64,000 bases of DNA from positions 186,001 to 250,000 of the IMG/VR virus record IMGVR_UViG_3300017528_000567. One strand, 5' to 3'. The first letter of the stretch is position 1; every line of letters starts with the position of its first letter. This document shows, one piece after another, positions 19,797-28,198 of the stretch. A program made the position numbers and the translations under genes. The notes beneath the pieces are model-generated. The model saw only the letters and a program-made list of their open reading frames with translations, was not told the DNA's origin and did no database searches.

Positions 19797-20347
19797 TCAT
19801 CGTAGAGCCCCATCCCCTTGGGGTCGGTCTCCACGTATGGCAGCTCGGGTTCCTCTTCAGGAATCTCCCCAAGCTTGAGAGCTCGGTCCCATAGGATCGT
19901 CGCCGTAGCTGTCGCGAGGTTGAGGCAATACCGGTTGCGCGTCGGGATGATCACGAAGCGATGGCAATGCCGGAGCACCGATTGCGGGATGGAGCCGTCC
20001 TCGGGGCCGAACACATAGACGGCGTTCTTCGGGTGCTCGAAGTCCTGCAGCCGCTCCGAGCTCGGACGCACCTCGACAGCCACGGGCGTGCAGTCGCGAA
20101 ACTGCTCAAGCGGACGATCGAACTGGACGATCTCCACTTCCTTGTAGCCCTTCATCCGCTCTTCACGTGGGAGCTTGCCGCGGCGCTCGACCTCCATGCG
20201 GACGCGGTCGCCTGTGTACCAGACCTGCTGGAGCCCGTAGCAGCTCGCGAGCCGCACGACCATTCCGACGTTGTAGGCGAACCGTGGATCGATGAGCGCG
20301 ATTGCCGGGGCGACGCCCGCGGGTGCAGCGTTCTTGCCGATGAGCAT
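19775..20347 (-). CDS. SpoU/TrmH-family RNA 2'-O-methyltransferase
   Basis: PRFAYNVGMVVR, YVFGPEDGSI, CLNLATA SPOUT motifs. Confidence 0.88.
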   Translation of the reverse strand: MLIGKNAAPAGVAPAIALIDPRFAYNVGMVVRLASCYGLQQVWYTGDRVRMEVERRGKLPREERMKGYKEVEIVQFDRPLEQFRDCTPVAVEVRPSSERLQDFEHPKNAVYVFGPEDGSIPQSVLRHCHRFVIIPTRNRYCLNLATATATILWDRALKLGEIPEEEPELPYVETDPKGMGLYDDCGWPGS

Positions 20348-20364
20348 GCGGCTGGTTACACCGC

Positions 20365-20438
20365 TGGTTCGGGGTGAGAGGATCGAACTCCCACAGCGAG
20401 TTCCAAAGACTCGCGTCCTACCATTAGACGAACCCCGA
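20365..20438 (-). tRNA. tRNA-Gln(TTG)
   Basis: Cloverleaf, loop CTTTGGA, CCA end. Confidence 0.9.
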
Positions 20439-20442
20439 ATAG

Positions 20443-20514
20443 TAGGCCTGGCGGGGATCGAACCCGCTGCTTTTTCCTTGTCGAGGAAACACTCTACCAG
20501 TGAGTTACAGGCCT
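20443..20514 (-). tRNA. tRNA-Val(GAC)
   Basis: Loop TCGACAA. Confidence 0.88.
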
Positions 20515-20518
20515 ATTT

Positions 20519-20591
20519 TGTTGGGGCGGAAAGACTCGAACTTTCGAGCACAGGTGTCAGAGACCCGGCTACCAACCCGTGGCGCGCCCCA
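20519..20591 (-). tRNA. tRNA-Gln(CTG), reduced D arm
   Basis: TGGGGCG/CGCCCCA acceptor, loop CTCTGAC. Confidence 0.75.
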
Positions 20592-20595
20592 ATAA

Positions 20596-20964
20596 TCACT
20601 CCCGAATCGCGTGCCGCACATACTGCTCTGGCGACATGTTCTTCAGATCATTCGTGTCATACGAAACAGTTCGTGCGTCTCCGAAGTCGTGACGCCCCCC
20701 GCCGCTCGACAGATACACGGCCTGCGTCTTGAACCATAGACGATGCTTGCCGTCCGGCGATGTCGCGTACGGGATCTTCAGCGTTCGGCTCGAAAGCTTC
20801 CAGTGCTTGGATTCAAGGTAATCGAGCAGACGGTTCCGAGCTTCCATGAAGGTCTTCGGCTTGCCGCTCTTTTTGTCATCGGCTGGCGCATCGTCCTCCT
20901 TCGCGAAGCGTTGAGCTACCCGATCCACCACTAGTGCGCTCTCAAAGGCTTGTCTGGCATCCAT
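20596..20964 (-). CDS. Hypothetical protein with RVAQRF motif
   Basis: Start MDARQ, TTTGTG-N13-ATG. Confidence 0.65.
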   Translation of the reverse strand: MDARQAFESALVVDRVAQRFAKEDDAPADDKKSGKPKTFMEARNRLLDYLESKHWKLSSRTLKIPYATSPDGKHRLWFKTQAVYLSSGGGRHDFGDARTVSYDTNDLKNMSPEQYVRHAIRE

Positions 20965-20998
20965 GCCCTTGCAGGCGCACAAAACCATTCGCGACATT

Positions 20999-21087
20999 CG
21001 GCGGAGAGAGGAAGGCTCGAACTCCAGACCCTTGCAGGTCCGCACTGTTTAGCAAACAGGCTTCGCCCCACGGCGAATTCACTCTCC
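20999..21087 (-). tRNA. tRNA-Ser(GCT), 8/4 fold
   Basis: 8-position acceptor (one mismatch), AA linker, 6-bp D stem, 4-bp T stem, loop TTGCTAA. Confidence 0.85.
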
Positions 21088-21094
21088 AAAGACT

Positions 21095-21181
21095 AGCGGA
21101 AAATCGAGGTCCCGACCCCCACAGACTTTCGCCTGCCCACCGCTTTCAAGGCGGGTCCCGCACCTTGCGAGTTGATCTTCC
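21095..21181 (-). tRNA. tRNA-Ser(TGA), 8/4 fold
   Basis: GGAAGATC/GATTTTCC, loop CTTGAAA. Confidence 0.85.
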
Positions 21182-21182
21182 G

Positions 21183-21272
21183 TGGCGGAAGCCGGAGGTC
21201 TCGATCCCCAGACCCCTTTCGGGGTCCGCACCGTTTTCGAAACGGGCTCGGCCCTTGGCCGATTCAGCTTCC
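21183..21272 (-). tRNA. tRNA-Ser(CGA), 8/4 fold
   Basis: GGAAGCTG/CGGCTTCC, loop TTCGAAA, CCA. Confidence 0.88.
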
Positions 21273-21276
21273 ATGT

Positions 21277-21564
21277 CTAATTCTTGCCGCCCTCTCGGAG
21301 CGACTTCATCTTCTCGAGCTCGAGCAGCGCCGCCGCAGAGACCTCCGGATTCGAAGACTCAGCCTGCAGCATCAGCAGCACGGCACACAGCGGCCACAGC
21401 TTGCGGACCTCCGCCCGTACAGCTCGGGCCTCTGCCGGCGAAGCGCTCGCCATGTACTGCTCAAACCAGTGGCTCATCTCGGGGAGCTTATGGCGGTCCG
21501 CTTCAGTGGCGTGCGCCATGAGGTGCCCGAGCTCTCTAATCTTGTCTGCGACTGCTTGGTTCAC
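21277..21564 (-). CDS. Hypothetical helical protein
   Basis: GGTGTA-N9-GTG. Confidence 0.65.
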   Translation of the reverse strand: MNQAVADKIRELGHLMAHATEADRHKLPEMSHWFEQYMASASPAEARAVRAEVRKLWPLCAVLLMLQAESSNPEVSAAALLELEKMKSLREGGKN

Positions 21565-21580
21565 AAGAGTCGCTACACCA

Positions 21581-21655
21581 TGGCGCCCACGGAGAGACTC
21601 GAACTCTCAGCATCTGCGTTCGAAGCGCAGCGCTCGTCCATTGAGCTTCGCGGGC
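21581..21655 (-). tRNA. tRNA-Arg(TCG)
   Basis: Loop CTTCGAA, CCA. Confidence 0.9.
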
Positions 21656-21656
21656 G

Positions 21657-21731
21657 TGGCGTCCTCGACAGGACTCGAACCTGTGTAGCGACCTTCGGAG
21701 AGTCGTGCCTGATCCACTAGGCTACGAGGAC
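21657..21731 (-). tRNA. tRNA-Arg(CCG)
   Basis: Loop CTCCGAA, CCA. Confidence 0.9.
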
Positions 21732-21734
21732 ATA

Positions 21735-21923
21735 TCACCAAGAATCGTAGTCTGTGACGTTCTTCTCCTTGTGGCAGTAACAGCATCGCACGTGGACCCC
21801 GAGCCCGATGCCGGTGATGGTGAATGTCACCTCCATCGTCCCCTGGCATTTTTTTGAGTGGCGCTTCTCGAACCCAATGAGCGCCTTGTGCTCCTTCTCA
21901 TTCGGCTTGAACACGCTCAACAT
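21735..21923 (-). CDS. Small Cys-rich phage protein
   Basis: TITGIG...CCYC...TDYDSW; AGGAG RBS. Confidence 0.65.
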   Translation of the reverse strand: MLSVFKPNEKEHKALIGFEKRHSKKCQGTMEVTFTITGIGLGVHVRCCYCHKEKNVTDYDSW

Positions 21924-21936
21924 GGCCAGACTCCTT

Positions 21937-22010
21937 TGGCGCCCCCGGAAGGAATTGAACCTTCACCATCGGCTTAGGAAACCGCCGCTCGTCCATCGAG
22001 CTGCGAGGGC
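21937..22010 (-). tRNA. tRNA-Arg(CCT)
   Basis: Loop TTCCTAA, CCA. Confidence 0.9.
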
Positions 22011-22015
22011 ATTCT

Positions 22016-22091
22016 TGGCGCTCCCGGAAGGAATCGAACCCTCGCGGTCCCGAGGTAGAAACTCGGCGCTCTTCCTCTGAGCTACGGGAGC
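22016..22091 (-). tRNA. tRNA-Arg(TCT)
   Basis: Loop TTTCTAC, CCA. Confidence 0.9.
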
Positions 22092-22106
22092 ATGGTGTCA
22101 GTACAC

Positions 22107-22180
22107 CGGAGGCGCGGGCCGGAATCGAACCGACGTAGGCTGGGTTGCAACCAGCTGCCTAACCATTCGACCACCGCGCC
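22107..22180 (-). tRNA. tRNA-Cys(GCA)
   Basis: Loop TTGCAAC, U73. Confidence 0.9.
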
Positions 22181-22189
22181 GTTATCTAG

Positions 22190-22260
22190 TGCGAGCAGGG
22201 ATAATCGAAATCCCGTCTACTGGTTGGGAACCAGCCATCCTACCACTGAACGATGCTCGC
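22190..22260 (-). tRNA. tRNA-Gly(CCC)
   Basis: Loop TTCCCAA. Confidence 0.88.
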
Positions 22261-22261
22261 G

Positions 22262-22335
22262 CGGTGCGGGTAGAGGGGGTCGAACCCACTCGAACTGGTT
22301 GGAAGCCAGCCATGCAGCCGTTACATCTTACCCGC
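22262..22335 (-). tRNA. tRNA-Gly(TCC)
   Basis: Loop CTTCCAA. Confidence 0.88.
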
Positions 22336-22341
22336 AGAATC

Positions 22342-23076
22342 TTAGTGCCCGCCGTGCGCGCCGGTCTCGTACTTGGGCTTGCCGTCCCATTTATGAGCAT
22401 ACGCGAAACTCGTGATCTTGATCGAGTTCCCAGGCGACACGCGCTTCTTCATCTCGGGGCCAATATAGTCCCCCGGGGTCGGCATCATGTAGTCGTTGCC
22501 GGCGCTATCAGTCCGCCTAGTTGTTGCGCCGATCTCGCGGATAATAACTGACTGCGGCCCTGTGACCTCGACGACCTCGTACCAATCGACGTTCGTCTGG
22601 TCGTAGCCCCAACTCGTATACAGGATGTCACCCATGAAAAGGTCGGTCGAGAACTTCCGCTTCTCTGCTTGCTCCTCCTCCTTGACCTTCATCCGAGCCT
22701 TGCGGCTGTCTATAAGCTTCTGGATGGCTTCATCGCGCTCATGCGCTCGAGTCCCGAACGAATGGTGCCAGATGGGCTTGCTCTGCTTACCCACGAAGGC
22801 GATTGCATAATAGATGACCCTGCCGGTCTTATCGGTCCCATCGTACGTCCAGGCCGAGACATCGGTGCCTTGCGGATCAACTGGTTCCGTGTCGCGGGCT
22901 TGAGGCGGCAAGTACCGTGTGGGAGCGATCCGAGCCTCATGTTGCCCCGCGACCCGTTCGCTGAGGTCCTGACAAGCACTGGCCAGCTGTAGACGTGAGG
23001 GGCGCTGGCTCTGCGCATAACTCAGCAGGCGGCGGAGCTCGCGTTGCAACTCACTGGTGTTGGCGATCTTCTGCAT
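22342..23076 (-). CDS. Hypothetical phage protein (WGYDQTNVDWYEV motif)
   Basis: 244 aa with AAGGA RBS. Confidence 0.75.
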   Translation of the reverse strand: MQKIANTSELQRELRRLLSYAQSQRPSRLQLASACQDLSERVAGQHEARIAPTRYLPPQARDTEPVDPQGTDVSAWTYDGTDKTGRVIYYAIAFVGKQSKPIWHHSFGTRAHERDEAIQKLIDSRKARMKVKEEEQAEKRKFSTDLFMGDILYTSWGYDQTNVDWYEVVEVTGPQSVIIREIGATTRRTDSAGNDYMMPTPGDYIGPEMKKRVSPGNSIKITSFAYAHKWDGKPKYETGAHGGH

Positions 23077-23157
23077 CGGTCAAATCCTTTGGGCTCGGAC
23101 CGCACGTCACGCCGTGCCTTGCCTCGCAGAAAATGGCGAAAGATAAGAGCTTTACCG

Positions 23158-23247
23158 CAGCGGAGAGAGACGTACTCGAAACGCGCCCCCCTTGCGGGGT
23201 GCCCTCCGCTTTCCAGGCGGTGACAGGCCCTGCCTGCTTCACTCTCC
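23158..23247 (-). tRNA. tRNA-Ser(GGA), 8/4 fold
   Basis: GGAGAGTG-AA-GCAGGC D stem, loop CTGGAAA, GCGT/ACGT T stem. Confidence 0.85.
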
Positions 23248-23248
23248 T

Positions 23249-23326
23249 CGGTAGGCCGTGCTGGAATTGAACCAGCCTGATGCCCGCATATAAGGCGGGT
23301 GAATTCGACCAGATTTCTAACGGCCC
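23249..23326 (-). tRNA. tRNA-Ile(TAT)
   Basis: CCCGC-CTTATAT-GCGGG anticodon arm. Confidence 0.82.
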
Positions 23327-23334
23327 ACAAGCCT

Positions 23335-23409
23335 AGAGCCTACGACTGGAGTCGAACCAGCAAACTCTAACATACCAAGTTAGCGCTCCGCCTCCGGAGC
23401 AACGTAGGC
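23335..23409 (-). tRNA. tRNA-Thr(GGT)
   Basis: Loop TTGGTAT. Confidence 0.85.
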
Positions 23410-24153
23410 AAATTCTGGTACCCGCGGACGGTCTCGCACCGACACTACACCGGGCTTAAGCCGGTTGCCTCTGCTTTGGGCTACGCGGGCATGATAACGA
23501 ACAAATGTGCGCACTCTGTGACAGTTGGAACAGACCAGATCGCACTTCGCAATCTCAGTCTGGATGGCCTCAAGGGACAAGCGACTCGCCATCCTAGAGA
23601 CGTTAAACCTCTTCGCCTCGCCCTCTCGATGATCGAAGTCCATGGCACACGGATGAAATTTTCCCCCACAATCCATGCAGGGTTTCGTGGCTTTGTGCTC
23701 CTGCAGCCACTCCCTATTACGAGCCGCGACCCTAGGGGCGCTACACCGCGCCCGCTGAGCGTACGCTGCCTTGTTGGACTTATAATGCCCGGCTGCGTAG
23801 GTTTTATGACACTGCTTGCATTGCGACTGCCGTACCCCTGACGCCTTTCGCTTGAACCCGAACTGATCTTGGTGCTTGTAAGCGTCACACTTCGCGCAAT
23901 AGAGCAGGGCCTGCCCAGAGGAATCATACGTCCGTTTCCGAGGCACGCCTCCTTTGTGCGCCGCCCCGTAATTAGTGGCCAGCCTTCTGAAGTGAGCAGT
24001 GCTGATCCCCAAAGATTGGATCTTCTGCTTCAGGTGGCTTTGGGTGCCACCTCCTTGCTTTAGCCCCAACGCGCGAAGCACTCCCGCCATTGAAACGTTG
24101 CCGGAGACCGCTCTTTCAAGGGACTGTCTTGAGTGGTGATCCGTCATGACCAC
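23380..24153 (-). CDS. HNH (homing-type) endonuclease; 3' end overlaps tRNAs
   Basis: CAKC, CKQC, CMDCG, MDFDH, EIAKCDLVCSNCHRVRT. Confidence 0.85.
   Translation of the reverse strand: MVMTDHHSRQSLERAVSGNVSMAGVLRALGLKQGGGTQSHLKQKIQSLGISTAHFRRLATNYGAAHKGGVPRKRTYDSSGQALLYCAKCDAYKHQDQFGFKRKASGVRQSQCKQCHKTYAAGHYKSNKAAYAQRARCSAPRVAARNREWLQEHKATKPCMDCGGKFHPCAMDFDHREGEAKRFNVSRMASRLSLEAIQTEIAKCDLVCSNCHRVRTFVRYHARVAQSRGNRLKPGVVSVRDRPRVPEFAYVAPEAER
23417..23490 (-). tRNA. tRNA-Leu(TAA), short variable arm
   Basis: ACCGG-CTTAAGC-CCGGT, CCA. Confidence 0.82.
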
Positions 24154-24197
24154 GACCCAGATGGCGCATAAGTGCCTTTGCGCCTAGTCTGCCCTTC

Positions 24198-24283
24198 AGT
24201 GCGAGCGACAGGAGTCGAACCTGCAGGTGCCACTAGGGTAGTCGGGTTTGAGCCGACCGCGTTTGCCGTTACGCCACGCTCGC
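24198..24283 (-). tRNA. tRNA-Leu(CAA)
   Basis: Loop CTCAAAC, long variable arm. Confidence 0.88.
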
Positions 24284-24457
24284 AACACATACTTGAAGAT
24301 GCCCCATCGCTAGTACGCTTAGGCACCCTCCAAAATTCAAACCACAAGCCGAGTGTCAATGCCGCGCACCCCTCCCGCCGCACAGCTCAGCACAGGTCGG
24401 CGCCTCGTTCTGGAAGGCGAGGCAGGACCACAGCACCGAGTTGAAAGCTGCGTGCTA

Positions 24458-24497
24458 TCTTGAGGGAGCCGCCTCCTGCCAATTGGGCTACGTCCGC
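24458..24497 (-). pseudogene. 5' half of a short-arm tRNA-Leu(CAA)
   Basis: GCGGACGTAGCCCAATTGGCAGGAGGCGGCTCCCTCAAGA with no 3' half found. Confidence 0.6.
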
Positions 24498-24670
24498 ATT
24501 TTGAGCAGGTTGGTCGCGACATTACTAACCGCGGCCCGCCATGCTTCCTGAATCCTAGGCGTGAGCTCCTCCCACTTCGGCATGGGCAGCCCCGCATAGT
24601 TTTTGAAACCAGTGACCTCCCCATAGGCGTTGTATGCGCTCATAGCGAAGGCCTCAACATCGTATAGCAT
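24488..24670 (-). CDS. Small phage protein (MPKWEELTPRIQEAW)
   Basis: GGTGTA-N9-ATG. Confidence 0.65.
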   Translation of the reverse strand: MLYDVEAFAMSAYNAYGEVTGFKNYAGLPMPKWEELTPRIQEAWRAAVSNVATNLLKMRT

Positions 24671-24685
24671 CCCGATCCCTACACC

Positions 24686-24760
24686 AGGGTGACCGACGGG
24701 AATCGAACCCGCTAACACGTGATCCACAATCACGCCGCGATCCTAGTTGCGTTCGGCCAC
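24686..24760 (-). tRNA. tRNA-His(GTG)
   Basis: Loop TTGTGGA. Confidence 0.88.
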
Positions 24761-24835
24761 AGTGCGGATAGGAGGAGTCGAACCTCCACTGGACGGCTTC
24801 TCGAACCGTTGCCTCTGCCGTTGGGCTACATCCGC
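24761..24835 (-). tRNA. tRNA-Leu(GAG), short variable arm
   Basis: Loop TCGAGAA; D arm GCCCAACGGCAGAGGC. Confidence 0.82.
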
Positions 24836-24841
24836 ATCATC

Positions 24842-24927
24842 AGTGCATGAGAGAGGACTCGAACCTCCACGGTCTTGCGACCAGTCGGACCTGAGCCGAC
24901 CGCGTTTGCCTATTACGCCACCCATGC
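24842..24927 (-). tRNA. tRNA-Leu(CAG)
   Basis: Loop CTCAGGT, long variable arm. Confidence 0.88.
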
Positions 24928-24929
24928 AT

Positions 24930-25004
24930 TGGTACGGGGTGAGGGATTCGAACCCCCGGCCAGTTGCTTGTAGGGCAACCACTCTACCGCTGAGTTAACC
25001 CCGC
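24930..25004 (-). tRNA. tRNA-Val(TAC)
   Basis: Loop CCTACAA, CCA. Confidence 0.9.
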
Positions 25005-25318
25005 GTACCGAAATCTTGCCTTTGCTCCGCAGCTACTCGCAACGCCTGGACGTCGCGCGCCGAAAGCCAGCCCTCGAAAACCAGGTCCCGCTCCTCTTGA
25101 GTGAGCTCAAAACCCGGGCACCCGGCCTTGGTCAACGTGCCCTCCACACCCCCGCAGCGCCCGCAGATCCATAGATTGCAGAGACGGCAGTCTCCACAAT
25201 CTTTAGGGCAACGAGCTCTAAAGTGTACATAGGCGACCTTGACTGATATTTCACGACATCCCCGAGCAACTTCCCGCATCCTGCGTGGCTGGGGGGCCGC
25301 GTGAGTGTCTCTATTCAT
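24995..25318 (-). CDS. Cys-rich hypothetical protein
   Basis: CPKDCGDCRLC..CGRCGG..CPG. Confidence 0.55.
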   Translation of the reverse strand: MNRDTHAAPQPRRMREVARGCREISVKVAYVHFRARCPKDCGDCRLCNLWICGRCGGVEGTLTKAGCPGFELTQEERDLVFEGWLSARDVQALRVAAEQRQDFGTRG

Positions 25319-25473
25319 AGAGCAGATGCTACCCGTACAACCGCTCCATGCAACCTTCTGCAGAACCCTTTTTAAGTGGTCTCAAGATCTTGGTAACACA
25401 AGGTGATCCAAGTACCAGCTTACCCCTAACGCCACATGACTCCTGCCAATCGGCCATTCCTAAGAACCGTCAC

Positions 25474-26049
25474 TCATGCGCGCAACACAACAAATGGCTG
25501 TCTGACTCCCCCTGAGAACTTCTCTGCTACTGCCAATGCCTGCCTAACGCGCTTCTCGGGATCGATGACTGAAGATGCCTCAAGAGCTCCCAAGGCATAA
25601 CAGTCACCGCACCCTATGGCGGCGTAGTCAGCGATAGCCTCGCCGACCTGAAAATCCGAGTCGACCTCAAAGATGCGCCCCCGAAAGCCGACCAAGAAGT
25701 GCCCACCACGCTCGACGTTGCTGTCAACCTGGGAGAAACCACCCTTCTTGAGCGTTCGCCGCACCGCATCCACGAAGCTCGTACACATGTATCGGAACGG
25801 GTCCGTGCCTTGCTTCATCGGAGGTGGTTGAAACTTGAACCGCAGCAGCTGACCCATCCGAAAGCTGCTCGTGTAGCCAATCAAGCACTCCCCATTCCTA
25901 AATACCTTAGGGTCCTTCCGGACCGTGACATCCAGGTGGGAGACACCGGCTGAATCACCGCCCATCACCACTTGGTGGCGCGAGTCTCTCTTGACCTTGA
26001 GCGCTACGATGCAGGTCACCCCAACCAGTACACCGAGCTGGTGGGGCAA
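25474..26049 (-). CDS. HslV/proteasome-beta-like Ntn threonine protease
   Basis: (V)TCIVAL...GGDS...KVF...IG...AAIGCG...ALGAL pattern; alternative start at 26019 places Thr at the N-terminus. Confidence 0.8.
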   Translation of the reverse strand: MPHQLGVLVGVTCIVALKVKRDSRHQVVMGGDSAGVSHLDVTVRKDPKVFRNGECLIGYTSSFRMGQLLRFKFQPPPMKQGTDPFRYMCTSFVDAVRRTLKKGGFSQVDSNVERGGHFLVGFRGRIFEVDSDFQVGEAIADYAAIGCGDCYALGALEASSVIDPEKRVRQALAVAEKFSGGVRQPFVVLRA

Positions 26050-26081
26050 CCGCTTTCGTACACCGAGGGGACGCGATCGAA

Positions 26082-28040
26082 TCAGACGGGTGGGGACCCT
26101 ACGTCACTCGTACGATCACTGGACGCGAATTGGCGCCTGATCACCCTCACGAAGTCTTCCAAGTTCACGGGCTTCGTCAGGTAGTCCAAGAATCCTGCAC
26201 GCAAACCGCGCTGCTTGTCCTGCTCCGAGGCTGCCGCCGACACCGCGATCACCGGCACGTGTTGCGTCTTCGGGTCATTGCGAAGTTCGCGTAGCGCATC
26301 AAACCCTGACATTCCCGGCAGGTTGATGTCCATGACGATCACATCCAACCTGTGAGCCCGTGCCAGCTGCAAACCGAGCTCGCCGGTGGTCGCGCTCATC
26401 AACGAGACGTCCTCGAGAAGACTGGCGACGATATCTTGCATGAACGCGAGGTTGTCTGGACTGTCTTCTACGTACAAAACGGTCCGACGCACTTGCTGCT
26501 GCTTGGTGCGCACAGCCGGTAGGTCCACCCAGAACTCCGAGCCCTCACCGAGCACACTGCGGAACCCCACATCGCCGTGCATAAGCTGAGCAAGGCGCTT
26601 CGTGATGAACAGACCGACGCCCGTACCTTCGATTGGCCCGAGCTCCTGTCCAGCGCGTTGAAATGCCTGGAAGAGCTTGCCTTGCTTGTCGAGCGGGATT
26701 CCGATGCCCGTATCCGACACCGTCAACCGAACGTGGTTCGCATCCACAACCGAGAGGTGCAGCCCAACTTTGCCCCCAGGCCGATTGTACTTGATCGCGT
26801 TCGTAGCGAAGTTCATCAAGATCTGCGTAAACCGCAGACGATCGGCGGCTATCAGCGGCAGCTCCGCGGCTGGCGGCTCCAACGTAATTTCAACCTCTGA
26901 GCGCACCGCGAGCGGCTCAAGGGTGGGCAGCACTTGCACAAGGACCTCATACGCATTCGTCGGCTCGATGGAGACGGTCACACCGCCCGAATCGATCTGC
27001 GACAAGTTCAGGATGTCCTCGATCAAGCACCGCAAGTGCTCGCCGCTGGTCAAGATCCGAGCGACTCGTTCCCGCTGTAGGCCGGACAGCGGCTGCTTCT
27101 GGTCGAGCTGCATCAGTTGTGCGAACCCCAGGATGACACTCAGCGGCGTGCGTAGCTCGTGGCTAATCAACGAGAAAAACTCGCTCCTTGCCCTGCTAGC
27201 CACGTCAGCACGCAGCTCCTCCGCACGCTTGCTATCGCTCAGATTCAAAACAAAGCGCAGCCCCTTATCCGGGTTGTTGTCAAAAGTGGTTCCGCCGACC
27301 AAAATCGGAATACGTCGGCCATCCTTGTTTAGGAGTTCTTTCTCGTAGGGATGAACCACTTTCGTAGCCCGACTCTGCTCCAGCGCACGTGCGTCTAGCT
27401 CCCACCACTCCGGTGGCGTGACTTGATCCCACCGCACTTGTTGGGTGGCCAGTTCGGCCGCGGAGTAACCGATCATATCCAAGAACGCCGTATTGGCGTC
27501 CAGTATCCACCCCTCATAGTCAGTCGTGACAATGCCGATAATCCCGGAGCTGACGAGGCCTTGGAGGAGCAATTCGCCCTTGCGGAGCGCAGCGTCTATG
27601 CGTATGTGCGCCTCTCGGAGCTGCTCGGCACGCTTGCGATCGCTCAGATCGAGTACGAAGCAGATGCCCTCACTTCCGTCGCTCACGGAACCGCCAAGCA
27701 AGATGGGGATTCGGCGACCGCCCTTATGGATGAGTTCGCTCTCATACGGAGGCCCCTCTTTCGCCCCCTCCGCCTCTTGCGACAACAACCCCAAAGGGGT
27801 GAGTTGGTCCCAGCGGACTTGTCCAGACAACAATTCTTCTTGCGAGTAACCAGTCATCTCCAAGAAGGCCGCATTCGCGTCCAGGAGGATCCCACGGCCG
27901 TCAACCGTAACGAGGCCAAGACCTCCAGAGTCGAAAAATCTCTGAAGCCGCGCCTCACTCTTGCTGAGTGCCGCTCCTACGCGTTTGCATTCAACGAGCT
28001 CGGAACGCAGTTCGTCTTCAACGGGGTAGTCAGCGCCCAT
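26082..28040 (-). CDS. Hybrid sensor histidine kinase (2 PAS, HisKA, HATPase, REC)
   Basis: SHELRTPL, NFATNAIKY, DTGIG, GTGVGL, VEDS...MDINLP...TKP. Confidence 0.95.
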   Translation of the reverse strand: MGADYPVEDELRSELVECKRVGAALSKSEARLQRFFDSGGLGLVTVDGRGILLDANAAFLEMTGYSQEELLSGQVRWDQLTPLGLLSQEAEGAKEGPPYESELIHKGGRRIPILLGGSVSDGSEGICFVLDLSDRKRAEQLREAHIRIDAALRKGELLLQGLVSSGIIGIVTTDYEGWILDANTAFLDMIGYSAAELATQQVRWDQVTPPEWWELDARALEQSRATKVVHPYEKELLNKDGRRIPILVGGTTFDNNPDKGLRFVLNLSDSKRAEELRADVASRARSEFFSLISHELRTPLSVILGFAQLMQLDQKQPLSGLQRERVARILTSGEHLRCLIEDILNLSQIDSGGVTVSIEPTNAYEVLVQVLPTLEPLAVRSEVEITLEPPAAELPLIAADRLRFTQILMNFATNAIKYNRPGGKVGLHLSVVDANHVRLTVSDTGIGIPLDKQGKLFQAFQRAGQELGPIEGTGVGLFITKRLAQLMHGDVGFRSVLGEGSEFWVDLPAVRTKQQQVRRTVLYVEDSPDNLAFMQDIVASLLEDVSLMSATTGELGLQLARAHRLDVIVMDINLPGMSGFDALRELRNDPKTQHVPVIAVSAAASEQDKQRGLRAGFLDYLTKPVNLEDFVRVIRRQFASSDRTSDVGSPPV

Positions 28041-28198
28041 ACGCGATGTTTTAGCCGCCCTCCCATGGCCACGTCCAGTACGTGAGGCAATTGGCGCACG
28101 ACTGCCTCAGTTGGGCATCGGATCGAATGGCTCTAGCGCCGTTGCGATTGTATCGAGCCTCGATACAGATGAGCAGCTAAGCCGTCTGCGATCTCAAC

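Noticed and set aside
21095-21181. tRNA-Sec
   Set aside because: Fold is Sec-like, but the anticodon is TGA (reads UCA, Ser), not TCA
20934-21720. Plus-strand ORFs across tRNA clusters
   Set aside because: Antisense to clear tRNA genes
24290-24460. Group I intron in tRNA-Leu(CAA)
   Set aside because: No 3' exon and no recognisable intron core in the short gap
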